DNA of 51,032 nt from a virus (taxonomy: Duplodnaviria > Caudoviricetes), in the IMG/VR virus record IMGVR_UViG_3300036846_000450, positions 1 through 51,032 of that record; one strand, written 5' to 3'. Positions 1-7,974 of the stretch are shown in pieces. The number at the start of each line of letters is the position of its first letter. The first letter of the stretch is position 1. Both the position numbers and the translations under genes were made by a program. Below the pieces are notes generated by a model. That model made no database searches. It was not told where the DNA came from and saw nothing but the letters and a program-made list of their open reading frames with translations.

Positions 1-353
1 CCAGGGCGCAGCACGCCCCAGAGCTCGAGGATCTGAATCGCTTCCGGGAGAGTTTTGACGCAGGCGTAGGGATGGCCGAGGCGCTCGCAGCGGGCGGCGA
101 AGCCATGCTGCTCGTTCGACAGCCGGCCGCCTTTGGCCTTGAGCTCGAGCCAGCCGCACTGCCCCTCCTCGAGCATGATGCAGATGTCGGCCGTGCCGCG
201 CCGGACGCCCTCTGCCTTCAGCCGCAGTCCGACATTGGCGTGGCGGAGCTCACCATTGGCAATCGCGAACCAGTGCAATTCGGGGCGGCCATTGACGTCC
301 AGGTAGCCGATCAGCCGGACCTGGAACGAATGCTCTGGGCTCGCCCGCCTCAT
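1..353 (-). CDS. VRR-NUC domain nuclease, runs off the left edge
   Basis: Manual translation from ATG at 353: MRRASPEHSFQVRLIGYL...HWFAIANGE...LKAEGVRRGTADI...WLELKAKGGRLSNEQHGF, the typical VRR-NUC E..Q / G..D / ELK motifs; ATGA overlap with the upstream MTase; absent from the ORF track. Confidence 0.85.
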   Translation of the reverse strand, partial: MRRASPEHSFQVRLIGYLDVNGRPELHWFAIANGELRHANVGLRLKAEGVRRGTADICIMLEEGQCGWLELKAKGGRLSNEQHGFAARCERLGHPYACVKTLPEAIQILELWGVLRP

Positions 354-952
354 GGCTGCGCTCCCGGCTGCGGGGCAGGTTCCCGGTGCAGCCAGTCCAT
401 GACGGGCGCCGTGGCGGCGCCTGCATCGGTCTTGTCGAACACGGCCCAGCAGAATTCTTGCCGTCCCTTGCCGACCCTGCCGCCGGCCTGGATGTAGGCG
501 CCTGGCGGCATCGAGGGGCGCGGCGTCAGCAGCCAGATCCGCACCAGGGGCAGCTGCTTCAGCCAGTGCGAGGCCACGATCCTGGCCAGCGGCAGCAGCG
601 CCACCGTCTTAAGGCGCGAGCACGCCACCATGTGGGTGACGAACCGCTCGAGCTCGTCATACGGGGGGTTGGAGATGATGTTGTCGTGGACCCGGTTCCA
701 TTTGAGGAAATCGCTCGGCGTCAGCGTCGAATCCCAGCCGCGGTTGATGATGTCGCTGCCGGCGGCGTGCAGGCCGCGCTCGAGGGCGGAAATTACGATC
801 GTGCCGAAGCCACAGGCCGGATCGTAGATGTGGCCGTCGAATCGCTCGACGTCGAACAGGCGCCGCGAGCACCAGGCCGGCTCGACGTAGTGCGAATGCT
901 GTTCTTTCGGGAAAATGTGGGAGGCGCGCGGGCGTCCTTCGAGGAGGGTCAT
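350..952 (-). CDS. Phage DNA N6-adenine/N4-cytosine methyltransferase
   Basis: SAM-binding motif I DPACGFG and catalytic motif IV NPPY. Confidence 0.8.
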   Translation of the reverse strand: MTLLEGRPRASHIFPKEQHSHYVEPAWCSRRLFDVERFDGHIYDPACGFGTIVISALERGLHAAGSDIINRGWDSTLTPSDFLKWNRVHDNIISNPPYDELERFVTHMVACSRLKTVALLPLARIVASHWLKQLPLVRIWLLTPRPSMPPGAYIQAGGRVGKGRQEFCWAVFDKTDAGAATAPVMDWLHREPAPQPGAQP

Positions 953-1176
953 GCAGAAACCCTCGTCTTCGTTTTCGAAAGCTTCCGGTCATAGGCGGCA
1001 ATGAACTTCAAGCATTCGCTGTGAAGCTCTTCGCGAAGCTCACGGCCGGCACGAAGCTCCGGGACCAGACAAGGATCGTTCGCAACAGAAAGGCCGAAGC
1101 GTGTCGGCGACATGCCGGTACGCCTTAGAAATTGCTCGACTTCCCGTAGGAAAAGACCTGTTCGCGACTGGGGCAT
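949..1176 (-). CDS. Cro-like HTH regulator
   Basis: 75 aa, FLRRTGMSPTRFGLSVANDP..V..LRAGR pattern; divergent from the cI-like gene. Confidence 0.75.
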   Translation of the reverse strand: MPQSRTGLFLREVEQFLRRTGMSPTRFGLSVANDPCLVPELRAGRELREELHSECLKFIAAYDRKLSKTKTRVSA

Positions 1177-1361
1177 GGCCCAATGTTGCGAGCGTCACGA
1201 TACTGAAAACAAGTTTTTAAACTCTTGGCATTTCCCTTTGCGGGGCGCCTTCCGTGGCCTCTTCGCAAAGTAAGTTATGCGGATTTTTTATGGGCAACTG
1301 CAAAAAACGTTTGAGTGAAACTTTTAAAAGGCTTGCTTCGTAGTATGGTTGAACAAGGAGA

Positions 1362-2093
1362 ATGCCAATGCTTGCGCATTTCCATCATCACTTTAAAGGT
1401 TCATCGATGGATAGCTCAACCGACCACATTCGTCTTCGTACCTTCGTGCGCGAGCGCATCGAAGCGCAAGGTTTGACGATGGCTGAAGTTTCAAAATCAA
1501 TTGGTAGAAATCCTACTTACATTCAGCAATTCGTCAGCAAGGGCGTTCCTAAAGAATTCGACGAGGCGGATCGAAAGCTACTTGCGATCATCTTGCAGGT
1601 CGCTCCGTCGAAGCTCATGGGGCCGGGCCGTCCGCGAACATCCCGTACTTTTGATGAATCGATCAACAAACGAATTAACGAACTATGGCCACGACACGAA
1701 GGAGAGTTTACAGAGCTCCCCGTCTACCACGCGGTCAAAGAAGACAGTGGCGTTGTTGTAATGTCGAAGCGACCGAAGAGCAAAGCAGTCCCGCCCATGG
1801 GTGCGAACGCCTATTGTCTTTACGTCGCCGACGATTCGATGGCGCCAGAGCATTGCATCGGTTCGCTTGCCATTGTCGATCCAGATCTCGAACCAAGGAT
1901 AGGAGCGACTTGCGTCTTCGTCGCGATCGGCGGACACAGCGAGATCAAGATCCGTCGCATTAAGGGTGAGACCGCCGACAGTTGGAAAGTTTTCGCTCAC
2001 AACATCGCCGGCCGACACAAGGATGAGACCTTGCCCAAGGCACGCTACAATCGGCCGCACGTCACTTGCGGCAACTATTTCCGAACCGCGTAG
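1362..2093 (+). CDS. CI-like repressor (XRE HTH + S24 peptidase-like domain)
   Basis: N-terminal GLTMAEVSKSIGRNPTYIQQFVSKG HTH; C-terminal AYCLYVADDSMAP..G....VDP S24 pattern; divergent to cro; start may be ATG 1368. Confidence 0.85.
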   Translation: MPMLAHFHHHFKGSSMDSSTDHIRLRTFVRERIEAQGLTMAEVSKSIGRNPTYIQQFVSKGVPKEFDEADRKLLAIILQVAPSKLMGPGRPRTSRTFDESINKRINELWPRHEGEFTELPVYHAVKEDSGVVVMSKRPKSKAVPPMGANAYCLYVADDSMAPEHCIGSLAIVDPDLEPRIGATCVFVAIGGHSEIKIRRIKGETADSWKVFAHNIAGRHKDETLPKARYNRPHVTCGNYFRTA

Positions 2094-2261
2094 CTCTCCA
2101 CCAGGCTTCACTCAGGATTTGAATCGCCCCTGGAATGCAGAATTCCAGGTCTAGGCGATCGATGGACTATGCCTATTGACTGCCTACGGGGCGGTGTTAG
2201 CGTTGCTCTGGCTGCGAGGGGGCTTGAGCGCTGCAATCATCATCGGACAGGAGGCGGGTCC

Positions 2262-2462
2262 ATGTCCAACGTCACCAACACTGCCCTACCCAACCCCTTT
2301 ATTGACGCACCCATCAACACACTTTCGGAGCCGGTCGCGCGGGACATCTGCGAGGCGATCGAGGCGGAGCTCCAGGCCTGGTCTGAGAGCCGGCCACTGT
2401 TCCTTCGTCCAGGCTTTGCCAAACGCATTGACGATCTCCCCTACCAGCCGCGGCGAGGGTAA
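2262..2462 (+). CDS. Hypothetical protein, paralog of 50599..50880
   Basis: GGAGG RBS; shares ALPNPF.D.P and AIEAEL.AW...RPLFL with the 50599 ORF. Confidence 0.6.
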   Translation: MSNVTNTALPNPFIDAPINTLSEPVARDICEAIEAELQAWSESRPLFLRPGFAKRIDDLPYQPRRG

Positions 2463-2467
2463 CGAGC

Positions 2468-2737
2468 ATGCTGGCCAATAACATGAACAACGAAACATAT
2501 AAGATCGAACACAACGTCCCCTTTCCAGAAGACCGCGCTCGGAAAAACACGCGCTCGGCCGACTATCCGTTCGCCAAGTTGGCGATCGGCGATTCTTTTT
2601 TCGTGCCGTCGCGGCGGGCGTTCATCTCGCAGGATCGGCCGCTGTATGAAGCACTGCAATATGCGCGGCGGGTGACTAGCTTCCACCTCGAGTGGCGCCG
2701 CGAAAAGGGTGGCTATAGGATTTACCGACGACCGTAA
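2468..2737 (+). CDS. Small phage DNA-binding-like hypothetical protein
   Basis: KIEHNVPFP...YPFAKLAIGDSFFVP...GYRIYR pattern common in phage early genes. Confidence 0.65.
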   Translation: MLANNMNNETYKIEHNVPFPEDRARKNTRSADYPFAKLAIGDSFFVPSRRAFISQDRPLYEALQYARRVTSFHLEWRREKGGYRIYRRP

Positions 2738-2994
2738 TGCCATCTCCCTACACCAGGCAACAGGTCAAGGCCCTCGAATTTTTCGAGCTCGAGGGCCGCG
2801 ACCCTGCCCGCCTGATGTTGACCAGGGCGCCCGCCGCCAAGACCAGGAATTGGCTGATCAGCCGCCAATTGTTGGAGCATCAGCCGGTCGGCCAGTTCAA
2901 TTTTCGGCGCTACCAGCTGACCCAACAAGGTCGTGAGGCCTTGATCTCTGTCAAACATCGGCCCCGCCGATCAACCAAAAAAAGCGCAGGCTAG
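2737..2994 (+). CDS. Hypothetical protein (winged-helix-like, ..YQLTQQGREAL)
   Basis: TAATG coupling to upstream gene; wHTH wing motif. Confidence 0.55.
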   Translation: MPSPYTRQQVKALEFFELEGRDPARLMLTRAPAAKTRNWLISRQLLEHQPVGQFNFRRYQLTQQGREALISVKHRPRRSTKKSAG

Positions 2995-3012
2995 CGCCAA
3001 GGGATTAGGCAA

Positions 3013-3345
3013 ATGCCCATCACCATATCGTCAATCGCGATCGCCTTCGATGAGGAGACGAAACAACACCTCGAGCGCATCAGGAAGAACGCCCCCTCCT
3101 ATCTGAACGAAGATGCGAAACAACTCTTTGCTCTGATCTCGGCGCTCTGTTCAGGTCGGAACATGGAGGAGCTCCTCAGCCTCCTGATGCCGATTGTTGC
3201 CGACATTGTGATGCAGGGCGTCGAGCGGATGGGCGGCGACAAGGACGCCAACTTCCTGCACCAGCTGAATCGGATCATTGCCTACATGACGCAGGTTCAC
3301 GCGAACGACGACAGCGACGGCGGCGACAAAGGCACGCTTCAATGA
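3013..3345 (+). CDS. Hypothetical protein
   Basis: Co-oriented ORF in a tightly packed operon. Confidence 0.6.
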   Translation: MPITISSIAIAFDEETKQHLERIRKNAPSYLNEDAKQLFALISALCSGRNMEELLSLLMPIVADIVMQGVERMGGDKDANFLHQLNRIIAYMTQVHANDDSDGGDKGTLQ

Positions 3346-3554
3346 TGAACGGTCGCCCTGGCCCTGAGGTCGAGAGGGCATATGCAGTTTGTGCCAATTT
3401 CTGTGACGATCCACATTGCGGCCTGCATTTAATCGCTGAGCGCCACAATGGCGACGTGATTTGTGAGGTCGTGATGTCGCCAGAACAGACCCTCGCGCTC
3501 GTGAACCTGTGCAAAGAGCATCTTTACGAGAAGGCAACCAAAAGAGAGGCTTGA
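3342..3554 (+). CDS. Small Cys/His hypothetical protein
   Basis: ATGA overlap; FCDDPHCGLHL motif. Confidence 0.6.
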   Translation: MMNGRPGPEVERAYAVCANFCDDPHCGLHLIAERHNGDVICEVVMSPEQTLALVNLCKEHLYEKATKREA

Positions 3555-3614
3555 ACTGGATCGGCAACAGAATAGGGTTTGTCCTATTTCCTACAACCAC
3601 AAGGATAGGATGAG

Positions 3615-4316
3615 ATGCCTAAGGAGATACCGACAGTCGAACGCTTCCGGGTCTTTCTCGAGGTGCCAGTCGAACACCTCGGGCCCGCGATGTCACAGTT
3701 GGCAAAAATGGAGCACGTCGTCGTCACCGGCCAGGAACTGGTCACGGAGATGCTGCGCTACAAAGGAAGAGTGCAACACGAGACGAGCACAGAGCAATGG
3801 TTTGTCGAGTGGATCAAGGACCACCCCACCTTCAAGATCAAAGAGGTGGTCAAGGCTGGCAAGGAGCTCGGCCGCACGCCTGCTTCGGTTTACACGGCGG
3901 CGCGGACGCTGGTCGAGAAGGATGTGCTTAAAAAGCTTGGTGACGGCGCCTACTCGCGCGCAGACGTCAAGGCGATCGAGGGCCCGACCAAAAAGAAGCG
4001 GAAGCCCGTAAAGGCGAAAACCTACGACAAGACAGGCGACGCCATCATCCTGGCGTACGCGAGCAAAAACCACGGAAAATTCAACGTCACCAAGTTGAAG
4101 GAGCTCTTCGATAAGGAGGGCCGTCCGACTGGGTCGGTCTATCCGTCCGTCGATAAGATCATCAAGCGTGGCCTCGCCAAGCGTGTTGGAGAGAGCGGCA
4201 GCGGGCAGTACGAACTGGTCAGAAAATCAAAGCCGAACAAGAAGACACCTCAAAAAACCTCGCCACTCAACGGTGCTGAGGCAACAACAATCACTGAAAC
4301 TTCCAAGGAGGTCTGA
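3615..4316 (+). CDS. Lys-rich double winged-HTH protein, paralog of 41170..41880
   Basis: Two wHTH-like repeats (SVYTAARTLVEKDVLKKLGDGAY; SVYPSVDKIIKRGLAKRV..GQYEL); N-terminus resembles the 41170 ORF. Confidence 0.7.
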   Translation: MPKEIPTVERFRVFLEVPVEHLGPAMSQLAKMEHVVVTGQELVTEMLRYKGRVQHETSTEQWFVEWIKDHPTFKIKEVVKAGKELGRTPASVYTAARTLVEKDVLKKLGDGAYSRADVKAIEGPTKKKRKPVKAKTYDKTGDAIILAYASKNHGKFNVTKLKELFDKEGRPTGSVYPSVDKIIKRGLAKRVGESGSGQYELVRKSKPNKKTPQKTSPLNGAEATTITETSKEV

Positions 4317-4318
4317 CT

Positions 4319-4669
4319 ATGGCGCGCACGGGTGGGTGGCTAACGCGGTCTTACAATTTTATCGATAAGGATCCTGAGGTTGATGTGTTTAGAACACTCT
4401 ACCAAAAAGAAAAACTGAAAGAGAGCGATTTGGCGGTCCTCGCCGGCCTGTCGGTGTCGACAGTCAAGCACATGATGGGTGGCGTCACGCGGCGGCCCCA
4501 GCATGCGACGTTCGCCAAGCTTGCCGGCGCGATGGGCTATAAATATGGCCTGCAGCGTGACGACACGCCCGACTACGGCAAGGAGATCCCGCGCGCTCGC
4601 GAAGAATTTGCGGAGCACAAGGAGCGCCTGCGCAAGAAGCGTGAGCGCGAGGCGAGGCGCACATCATGA
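4319..4669 (+). CDS. XRE-family HTH protein, paralog of 40783..41166
   Basis: DLAVLAGLSVSTVKHMMGGVTRRPQHAT HTH; AGGAGG RBS. Confidence 0.75.
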   Translation: MARTGGWLTRSYNFIDKDPEVDVFRTLYQKEKLKESDLAVLAGLSVSTVKHMMGGVTRRPQHATFAKLAGAMGYKYGLQRDDTPDYGKEIPRAREEFAEHKERLRKKREREARRTS

Positions 4670-4848
4670 TGATTTTGATTGGCATTCTTTTGGGCGCGCT
4701 CTGCCTGGTGGCCTGGTTGATCGATGTTTTCTTTCCGTACACTGCCAAGCAGTGGGACCGGATGGAGCGCGATCGGATCCATCATGAGTGGCTGGTGAAG
4801 ACTCGCCAGATCCCTCCCCCGCTGCCGCGAAAGCGAGGCCACGCATGA
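4666..4848 (+). CDS. Small single-TM membrane protein
   Basis: Hydrophobic N-terminus; ATGA overlaps at both ends. Confidence 0.6.
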   Translation: MMILIGILLGALCLVAWLIDVFFPYTAKQWDRMERDRIHHEWLVKTRQIPPPLPRKRGHA

Positions 4849-5111
4849 GCGCAACGCCAGGCTCGATCCTTCCTGGCGGCATCGTCTTGATGGACGAGCC
4901 GGCCAGCATCGGCCTCACCACCTTCAGCAACAATGGCGAGGTGCTGCTGACGTTCAACGCGCGGCCTGGCGGCAACTGCGGCCAGATCATTCTCGGGCTG
5001 ACGCCCAACATGGCGCTGCAGCTGCGCCAGGCACTCGACAAATACGGGGACGTTTGCGCGCGCTGGATCGCCGAAGGCAAGGGCGGAGCGAGCTTTACGG
5101 AGAAGCCATGA
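4845..5111 (+). CDS. Hypothetical protein, paralog of 38958..39221
   Basis: TPGSILPGGIVL.DEPA.IG.TTF..NGEVLL shared near-verbatim. Confidence 0.8.
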   Translation: MSATPGSILPGGIVLMDEPASIGLTTFSNNGEVLLTFNARPGGNCGQIILGLTPNMALQLRQALDKYGDVCARWIAEGKGGASFTEKP

Positions 5112-5350
5112 GCGCGCGCGCCAAGCGCCATTTGATCCACGAGATGGAGCCGCTGCTGCTGGAGGCGGAGCGTGCCATCCTGATTGGTGATGCGATCGGG
5201 ATGCTCAATACAACGCGTGCGCTGCTGCTGCTGGTGCGCGACTATCTAGACAAGGTGACGCCGGTAGAGATGCGCGACGCCCTCAACAATCCGACGGCCC
5301 TCCGCATCGCTCAAAGGCTGGGCGTTAACCCATGGCAGTACCGGCAATGA
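5108..5350 (+). CDS. Hypothetical protein
   Basis: ATGA-coupled ORF (MSARAKRH...). Confidence 0.55.
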   Translation: MSARAKRHLIHEMEPLLLEAERAILIGDAIGMLNTTRALLLLVRDYLDKVTPVEMRDALNNPTALRIAQRLGVNPWQYRQ

Positions 5351-5356
5351 GCGGAG

Positions 5357-5575
5357 GTGATCATGGCCCTGGAAATTGTAAAGGTTCAGCTGCCCCTCAG
5401 TGATCCGACCCACCCTGCCCTGGTCTATGCCAGGGGCCGGCGTCACCTGACGCAGCAGCGCCTCGAGCCGTCGGCGCGCGCCGCGATGGGGCTGCACTTC
5501 AAGGCCTTTTTCGAGGCTGAGTATCACGACGGCGCCTGGATCCTGGGCGAGCGCGTCACCGATCGGGACTGGTGA
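5357..5575 (+). CDS. Hypothetical phage protein
   Basis: GGAGGTG RBS; IVKVQLPL...ALVY...KAFF.A...DRDW pattern. Confidence 0.65.
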   Translation: MIMALEIVKVQLPLSDPTHPALVYARGRRHLTQQRLEPSARAAMGLHFKAFFEAEYHDGAWILGERVTDRDW

Positions 5576-5844
5576 GGCGCGATATGGCAACCAAAATCTA
5601 TGTCGATATCGATGATCGCCGATTCATCGTGGTGCTCGACGAGGCCGGAGCCCCGGTGCGCGTCAAGGAGCGCAAGAAATACGGCAAGTATCCGATCGAT
5701 GGCTGGTTCGATCAGACCTCCTGGACCGCCAGGCACCATCGTATGCCCAAGAAAGGCGTGATTTTGCGGGCGATCGAAGCGGCGCGGGAAGCCTTCAACA
5801 AGTCTCAGACACCCCGCAACAGCGCTGCCGCGGCCTCGCAGTAA
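5572..5844 (+). CDS. Hypothetical protein
   Basis: GTGA-coupled ORF. Confidence 0.55.
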   Translation: MRRDMATKIYVDIDDRRFIVVLDEAGAPVRVKERKKYGKYPIDGWFDQTSWTARHHRMPKKGVILRAIEAAREAFNKSQTPRNSAAAASQ

Positions 5845-5941
5845 ACGTAAATGGTTGTGACCAATCATAGGCACATCGTGCCTATGTTGACCGTCCCGTT
5901 GAGATCGCATTCAATTCGGTCCATGAAATCGGGAGGGTACA

Positions 5942-6307
5942 ATGGCAGCTGCGCGCTGGGACAACTTTAGACGGCCCGAATATATCGAGCGTTTGCGACT
6001 CACGCGTGAGGCGCTCGGCTACGAGCAGCAGAGGACGTTTGCCGAAGCGCTCGGCATCCCGTTCAAGCGCTGGAACAGCTACGAACGTGGCTACCCGATC
6101 CCGCGCGAGACGGCGTGGCTGCTCGAAAAAACGTTCGGCGTCTCGGTCGAATGGCTGTGGTGGGGCAAGGAAGGCAATATGCCGAAATCGCTGCTCAAGA
6201 AGATCCACAGCGCCAGGGTCAATTCTGCTGAACTACTAGAGGCCCTCGAGGAGGAGCGCAAGGCACGGTTGAGGGTCGATAAACTCAAGGCCAAGAAGCC
6301 AAGCTAA
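5942..6307 (+). CDS. XRE-family HTH regulator, paralog of 40242..40523
   Basis: RLRLTREALG..Q.TFAEALGI.FKRWNSYERG...FGVSVEWLWWG; GGGAGG RBS. Confidence 0.85.
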   Translation: MAAARWDNFRRPEYIERLRLTREALGYEQQRTFAEALGIPFKRWNSYERGYPIPRETAWLLEKTFGVSVEWLWWGKEGNMPKSLLKKIHSARVNSAELLEALEEERKARLRVDKLKAKKPS

Positions 6308-6335
6308 AGCGGCAGCGTCAAAAGAACCCGCCGCT

Positions 6336-6548
6336 TTAGGTCACATTCCGTGACAGCAGCGCCGCCGCGGCCTCACAATAGGCTGGCCAGTTGGTCTCGG
6401 TGAACTCGACGGTCGCGAATTCCAGATCCGGCTCGTAGCCCCGCCAGAGATGGAAGATCATGGCCTCGTGCTCGCGCTCGATGGCGCGGATCGCCCAGCC
6501 CTCGCCGCGCACACTGAGCCAGATGTGGTCGTCGTGTTGCTCACTCAC
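6336..6548 (-). CDS. Hypothetical protein
   Basis: GTG start overlapping the stop of the upstream gene; convergent hairpin at about 6306-6336. Confidence 0.45.
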   Translation of the reverse strand: MSEQHDDHIWLSVRGEGWAIRAIEREHEAMIFHLWRGYEPDLEFATVEFTETNWPAYCEAAAALLSRNVT

Positions 6549-6756
6549 TGCCGCCGTCGCCGTCGATGACCCGCAGTTGATCCGGCCGGTAGATGTGCAA
6601 TGCGCCCTTGACCTGGTCGGCCGTGCATTCAACCACGACGCGGTCCTCGCCGGCAATATTGCGGAAATGCGCCACCACGATGCCGGGCCAGCGATAGCCT
6701 TCCTTTTTCTCGACGTGGTCGCCGAGATCCAATCGCGTCGCCACTGGCGCCTCCAT
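6541..6756 (-). CDS. DfrB/R67 dihydrofolate reductase-like SH3-fold protein
   Basis: LGDHVEKKEGYRWPGIVV...VVE...GALHIY...L aligns by eye with R67 MGDRVRKKSGAAWQGQIV...AVE...GSVQIY...L. Confidence 0.6.
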   Translation of the reverse strand: MEAPVATRLDLGDHVEKKEGYRWPGIVVAHFRNIAGEDRVVVECTADQVKGALHIYRPDQLRVIDGDGGSE

Positions 6757-6865
6757 TTAAGGTTGCAGTGAGGCAGGAAAATCCAGCCGCACCCTCCCTT
6801 CGCCAAGCCTCTTTGCGGCGCTGCCGCGCCGCTCTTCTTCGAAAAAGAGCCTGACGCGACTAGCG

Positions 6866-7435
6866 TCAGTCCGATATTGCTCTCTTCAGCCGGCCCAGAG
6901 CGGCCTCGAGCTCGGGGTCGATCGCGATCGGGACCGGTTTTTGCGCTGGCACCAAGGGAAAAGATTCTTGGCCTGCGGTTCCAGGCTTAATTTCGGACTT
7001 AGACCTTTGCACGTCGGGGACCGCCGCGAACTGGTAGGCATTGGAAGTCCGCAGCACCCGCGAGCGCTGGCCGTGCTGGCCCTGGCCGAACAGGTTTAGG
7101 ACCGTCTCATAGACGCGCTTGATGCGATGGACCCAGGTCAGCAGGCCAGAGGCCTCGAGCGCTTTGATGGCCTCGTAGACCGTCGAGCGGGCGCAGCGGG
7201 CCTTATCCGCAATCGCCTCGTAGGATGGGAAGCACCAGCCGCTGTGGGCGTTGTGGAAGCCGTACAGGAGCGCCTCCAGGACCGCTACGTGCTTCGCCGT
7301 GAGCGCGCCATAGTGCTTGCGCTCCTCGGTTCGACGCATCAGCGCCCTCGCCTGGCGCATCAGGTTGGCTTTCTGGTGCCCGGTCATCGGGCGCGGTCGG
7401 CCGTAGCCGAATAGCTTCTCGCGTTTTGTCGTCAT
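6866..7435 (-). CDS. HTH-type plasmid replication initiator (HTH_36-like RepA)
   Basis: VLEALLYGFHN..SGWCFPSYEAIADKARCARSTVYEAIKALEASGLLTWVHR...RTSNAY pattern of alphaproteobacterial small-plasmid Reps; GGGGA RBS before ATG 7435; adjacent to parA. Confidence 0.75.
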   Translation of the reverse strand: MTTKREKLFGYGRPRPMTGHQKANLMRQARALMRRTEERKHYGALTAKHVAVLEALLYGFHNAHSGWCFPSYEAIADKARCARSTVYEAIKALEASGLLTWVHRIKRVYETVLNLFGQGQHGQRSRVLRTSNAYQFAAVPDVQRSKSEIKPGTAGQESFPLVPAQKPVPIAIDPELEAALGRLKRAISD

Positions 7436-7505
7436 TGGTCCCCCGTGGGGGCCGCGCCACTCACCAGGCAAAGCTCCGCCGATCGGGAGAACGTCGTGTT
7501 TCCCG

Positions 7506-7609
7506 TTGACGTGTTCTGCGAGGTGTGGGAGAACCGGGGCTGTCAGGGGCTCCGGTTTTTTGGTTCTCCCCCACCATTTCAAAAGACCGCCCGGCAAGGC
7601 GGTCTTTTT
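7506..7609 (+). ncRNA. Putative antisense copy-control RNA (ctRNA) in the rep leader
   Basis: TTGACG (7506)-N17-GAGAAC promoter pointing away from rep, followed by hairpins and the terminator at 7581-7609. Confidence 0.45.
7581..7609. terminator. Intrinsic terminator hairpin
   Basis: AAAAGACCGCC-cggcaa-GGCGGTCTTTTT perfect stem with A/T tails. Confidence 0.75.
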
Positions 7610-7750
7610 CGTTTCAGGCGTGCCGTTGCGGCCCTGCTCTCCTTGCGAATCGAATGTACCGATTTATCAGATTCGCCGCAGTCCGGCGAAAGGCGATTGC
7701 CTATGCCTTTGTAAGACCTCACCCGTAAATCTGGCGTTAACGACTATGCT

Positions 7751-7952
7751 ATAGCAGTGTCGCTGCTGACAGCGGTGTCACCGCTGTGCAGCTGCGTCAC
7801 CGCTGTGTGGTGGTGTCATCGCTGAATGGCAGCGTCACTGCTCCATGGCAGCGTCACTGCTGACACTGCTGAAAGGCAGTGTCGACACTGTCAGCAGTGT
7901 CGGCAGCGTCACCACTACACGGCAGTGTCAGCATGGTCAGCATCGTCAACAC
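7751..7952. repeat. Centromere-like (parS/parC) array of about 19-bp quasi-palindromic units upstream of parA
   Basis: Units at 7769 ACAGCGGTGTCACCGCTGT, 7788, 7807, 7826 ATGGCAGCGTCACTGCTCC and 7845 ATGGCAGCGTCACTGCTGA, then degenerate GCAGTGTC half-sites. Confidence 0.75.
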
Positions 7953-7974
7953 TAAACAGCAATTGGGGAACCTT

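Noticed and set aside
350-952. Restriction-modification system (MTase plus adjacent nuclease)
   Set aside because: The neighbouring nuclease is VRR-NUC, a common phage recombination/replication gene, and orphan phage MTases are common.
7751-7952. CRISPR or mini-CRISPR array
   Set aside because: Units are contiguous with no unique spacers and there are no cas genes; the position upstream of parA fits a centromere.
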